DNA from: the human T2T-CHM13v2.0 reference genome, Homo sapiens
Reading direction: 5' to 3' (one strand)
Assembly (NCBI RefSeq): GCF_009914755.1
Contig: NC_060932.1
DNA length: 64,000 nucleotides
Shown: one piece after another, positions 59,552-64,000 of the stretch
Numbering within the stretch: position 1 is the stretch's first letter
Layout: each line of letters begins with the position of its first letter
Program-made: the position numbers and the translations under genes
Notes under the pieces: model-generated
The model's input: the letters and a program-made list of their open reading frames with translations, nothing else
Databases searched by the model: none
Told to the model about the DNA's origin: nothing

Positions 59552-60017
59552 TCAACCCAACCCTTGCCAAGAAAGGAAGCCCTCTGCCTGTGCCCTTGCT
59601 TTCCTGAGTCCAGGGGAGATTAACAAGGTTCCTTATGACTCATTCTGTGAGTCAGACAGGGGAAGAAAAACAAGCACGTCAAAGTCTAACTTTCGGATGT
59701 GTAAAGACTTAGCAGTCTGATCTGTGACCAAAACTGTTGATTTGAAGAGCTGGGAAGGAAACCGTGAAGTTCTCTCTCCTTTCATCGTCTGGGGCTGTGC
59801 CCTCTGTGGGCTTGCTAAGTAAAGGCTCAGCTGGGAGGAAACAGAATCTGGAGAACGCCCAGCTGCTCCCACGGGAAGCATCAGGGAAGAAGGCAAGGTG
59901 TGAATTCTGCCTTCTGCTCTGCTGGGATCCCTTTCACATCTCCTTTGTCTCCAGGCAATAACGGTCCCTGGCTGTTTCCAGGTGTGACTTCCGATCTTGA
60001 GTCCTGTCTCCTTGTTT

Positions 60018-60155
60018 TGTGGTTCTAAATCTTGGCCACACATTGGAATCATCTGGGGAGATTTAAGACATACTCATGCCTGGTTCTGCCTCCGGGGCCT
60101 AGGCTTCTAGATCTTTACAAGCTCCCTGGTGATTCTCACATGCAACCAAGCTTGT
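60018..60155. mobile_element. MER5A-like hAT MITE fragment
   Basis: gtggttctaaatcttggccacacattggaatcatctggggag...caagctccctggtgattctcacatgcaacca. Confidence 0.7.
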
Positions 60156-60539
60156 GATCATAACTCCTCTGCAACACGTAAACTCTCCATAGAAATTATT
60201 TTTGTTATAGTTGCTTATCTCTCATTGTCTGATGACATGCTCTGTCCTAGATTAAAGAATTACATGCTTTGGGAAGATATTTCCATGGGTTGTGAAGCCT
60301 TTTTCTATACCCCAAAGTCATACTGCATCAGATATCAGTGCTAAAGATAAACCAGTGATCGCCTATTTTGTCTATTTTAGGCCTGAAAACAGAGTAAAGG
60401 GAAGACAACAGCCTAATTTTATTCTAGCTTTTTTTCTCTTCAGTTTTCCCTTTCCATTCTTCTTCCCTAAGGCTCTCAAATACCTTCTCACTCCCTCAAT
60501 GTTTCCCTACTTATATATTTCTTCCTAGGTTTTTCCTAC

Positions 60540-61915
60540 ATTTAATCTATCACATATAATATGTAATATTTAATAATTACTTCTGTAGTATGTAATCTAT
60601 CATATATAATATGTAATATTTAATCTATCACATTATCTACCTTACAGATATTACATATCTGTAATATGTAAACTATCATATGTAATATGTAATATTTAAT
60701 ATATTAAATATTTAATATGTAATATTTAATATATTTAATATTACATATTAAATATTTAATATACTAAATATTAAAGTTATTATATATGGTAGATTAAATA
60801 TAGGAAACACATTTATATATAATATACATATATCATATATGATATAAATTATATGCAATATACTTATGTCATAGATAATATATCATATATAATATGTATC
60901 ATATATTAAATATTAAAATATAGGAAATATATTTATATATAGACATACTAATTTATAGGAAATAATTATATATAACATATTGATGTATATTTTCTATATT
61001 TTAATGTATTATATACCTTATATACTTATAAAATATATGGCATATATTAAAGTATATTAATATTATATATGATTTAAAAATATATAATATATTTTATATT
61101 ACATATTATTATATAATATAATATATAATATATAAGATAATATATTAACTATTATATATTATATTATATGTTATATATTATATATTATATTATATATTAT
61201 TATATAATATATTATATCTTATATATAATATAATATAATAATATATAATATAATAATATATAATATAATATATATAATAATATATAATTAATATATATAT
61301 ATATATATATTAATATATAATATAATATAATATATAATATATAATTATTATATATATTATATATATTATATATAATTAATATAATAATATATAATTAATA
61401 TATATATAATATATATAATATATAATATAATATATAATTTAATATATAATATATTATATATAATATTATATATTATATATAAAATGTAATATATAATATA
61501 ATATATAAAATATATTATATTATATAATATAATATATAAAATATATTATATTATATAATATAATATATTTTATATATTATATTATATAATATAATATATA
61601 AAATATATTATATTATATATTATATAAAAATATTATATATTATATATAAATTTCTATTATATATAAAATATAATATATTTTATGTATCATAAATTATAAT
61701 ATATAAAATATATAATATATTTTAAATATAATATATTTTATGTATTATATTTATTTTATATATTATCAAATTTTATACATATTTTATATTATATAAATAT
61801 TAAATATTTATATAATATATAAAAATAGATATTTTATATATCGTATAATATATTTATATATCATATATTTTGTACATATTTATATATTTTTAAAATATTT
61901 TTCTACTTATATATT
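60540..61915. repeat. Extreme AT-rich (TA/TAA/TATAA)n low-complexity island
   Basis: About 1.4 kb, nearly free of G/C between ~61080 and ~61900. Confidence 0.97.
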
Positions 61916-62109
61916 TCTTCCTATAACCCAGAAGAAAGTTATGCTGTGATCTTCTGCCAGCAGTTCCAACCTCATGACCCAGAAAACTCCTTCCAGTCTC
62001 TCCGTTTTGTAGGGCACCAGTGCTCCAAAACCCTCAGCTCTGGGGCAGCAGCAAGAGCCGGGAGCACTGCTCCTGGAGGGCTTCAGCCCCTTAGGTGGCC
62101 AGGGTAGGG

Positions 62110-62607
62110 CAGAGGTTTTCATCCCTTTTGATCTCAGGACTCCTTTACACTCTTGAAGACCCCGGAGAACTTTGGTTTATATAGATTACATCTATTGATA
62201 TTGACTTCATTAGAAATTAAAACTGAGACATTAAAAATATTTATATAATACCTTACTTAAAATAAGAATAACAAACCCCATTCCATATTAACATAGATGA
62301 TATATTTTCTGGGAAATAATATTTTTTAAAAATGCAATGTGAAGAGTGGCATTGTTTTACATATCTGCAAATGTCTTTTATGTCTGGTTTGATAGAAGCT
62401 GACTGGATTCTTACATCTTCTCCTGTATTCAGTCTCCTGTGATTTATGCAGCTGCCTCTGGAAAACGACACTGTAAATTGATGACAGAATGAGAATAAAA
62501 AAGGCACACAGTATCTTAGTATTATGAAAATTGTTTTGATCTCGCAGACCCCTTAAAGGATCTCAGGGACCCCTGTGGGTATCTGAGCCACCCCTGGAGA
62601 ACTATTG
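62110..62607. mobile_element. MER20B-like hAT-Charlie element
   Basis: cttttgatctcaggactcctttacactctt...gaagagtggcattgttttacat...ctggagaactattg. Confidence 0.7.
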
Positions 62608-64000
62608 GTATTGACAATCGAGCATGGTCAACAAAGTCAGTGTGGGGAGGATGATTAAGCAGTGCGCGGTGCCAGGAATAGGCAAAAAATTGGTACCTGT
62701 GTGTAGATCCCAGAGGACTCACAAAATGAGAAAACAGAAAATAAAAATGGATTTGACCACGTATGGTAATAATTGCTAATGTCACGAATGTGTCTTTCTC
62801 ACCCATTATTAAGTTTCTGTGCAGTATACTCTATTTCGGGTGAACTCGGTTATGATACTTATTTGATTAGAATCAGGAACTGCATGCACATTGGCACAGC
62901 GAGTTTGTTGCAGCTGGAGCCCTGAGGAGCCATTCCGGAAACTCTGGTGTCCCAGCCCTGCCACTCTTGATGTAATCTTGGGGAGTGGATATGAACAGTT
63001 TTAGTTTACAGTTTCCATATCATAATAGATTAAGTAGTTGATTTCCAAAACTTCTTCTGTTTTAACATTGTCTGTTTGAAACTTTTTTTTTAAAAGGAGA
63101 GAAAGGTCATGGTATTCTTGAAAAGTTTCAGCTGAATTGAAAAAGTAAATACTCAGAAAAATAAGAAGGAAATAAAACTGAACATTAACCAAATTCTGGG
63201 TAGAAGGTCACTTTTAAGACATTGCAAAACATTTCTAAAAATTTTAAAACACTATCAAGAAGAAAGTAAAATTCACCCACTGTATTTTGGTGTATTTCCT
63301 TCTGAGCATACTTTCCCAGGTCACACAGTACACAGAATCTAATATTCTGATTCTTTAGGAAAACATGTTTACTAAATATTTACATAAAGAGTCCCCCCAG
63401 CTTTATAGTTGACAGTTAAAAATTTTATGTATTTAAGTTGTACAGCTTAAAGATTATAAATATGTATTATATCATCAGAAATTCATCACAACTAAATGGA
63501 AAATTCTTTACAATTTCCATTTAAATGCATAAAATTCAACTGTATGAAAATATTCAATTTAATGATTCCTTTTTTTTGTATTTGAGAAGTTGTATTAGGG
63601 TTCTAGAATTATGAATGATTTTGTTTCCATTTCGTTTTCGTTGTCCTATTTTCTCCAGTGTGGTTCAATGTTACTCTTATTAAAAATCATTTTAAGAACA
63701 CACTTTTTAAAAAATGACAGAGCTATTGACTGTACTTACCAAGATGTCACATTCTTCTCTTCGAAGAGTTGCAATGCAGATTTTTCTTGACTTTCGTCAG
63801 AACCTCAGTCTTCACAGGGCTGCAGTCCCAAGGGTGTGGCTACAATTCCAAATACAACCATCATCCATCTAATCCTACCTGTTGGTGATTCATGCTGCCT
63901 TCACAAAGGATCCCATCCCCATTCAGATAGCAAGCAACTTGTCACTTCCCCACAACACAGCTTCCAACATGCAACAACTTTCCTGGAATTCACTTTTCCT

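Overview
Primate (almost certainly human) non-coding genomic DNA. It is dense in interspersed repeats: about 20 Alu copies, solo ERV1/ERVL/MaLR LTRs, L1 3' ends, MIR/L2 relics, hAT DNA transposons and long simple repeats. No intact protein-coding gene is supported. The only real protein homology is a disabled processed pseudogene of RPL17 (uL22) at ~26.4-27.0 kb, which shares one target-site duplication with the Alu directly behind it. I found no convincing new biological system. The most interesting signals are structural and regulatory: several short locally templated copy/insertion events (20.8 kb from 24.2 kb, 37.3 kb from 38.3 kb, 40.1 kb from 39.6 kb with a fold-back hairpin), an old 277-bp duplication of non-repeat sequence, a MER41B-type LTR with intact tandem GAS sites, an overlapping NF-kB/GAS site, and a few CpG-retaining enhancer/promoter candidates. 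Repeat subfamily names come from remembered consensus sequences, not from a database search, and the chromosomal locus was not identified.
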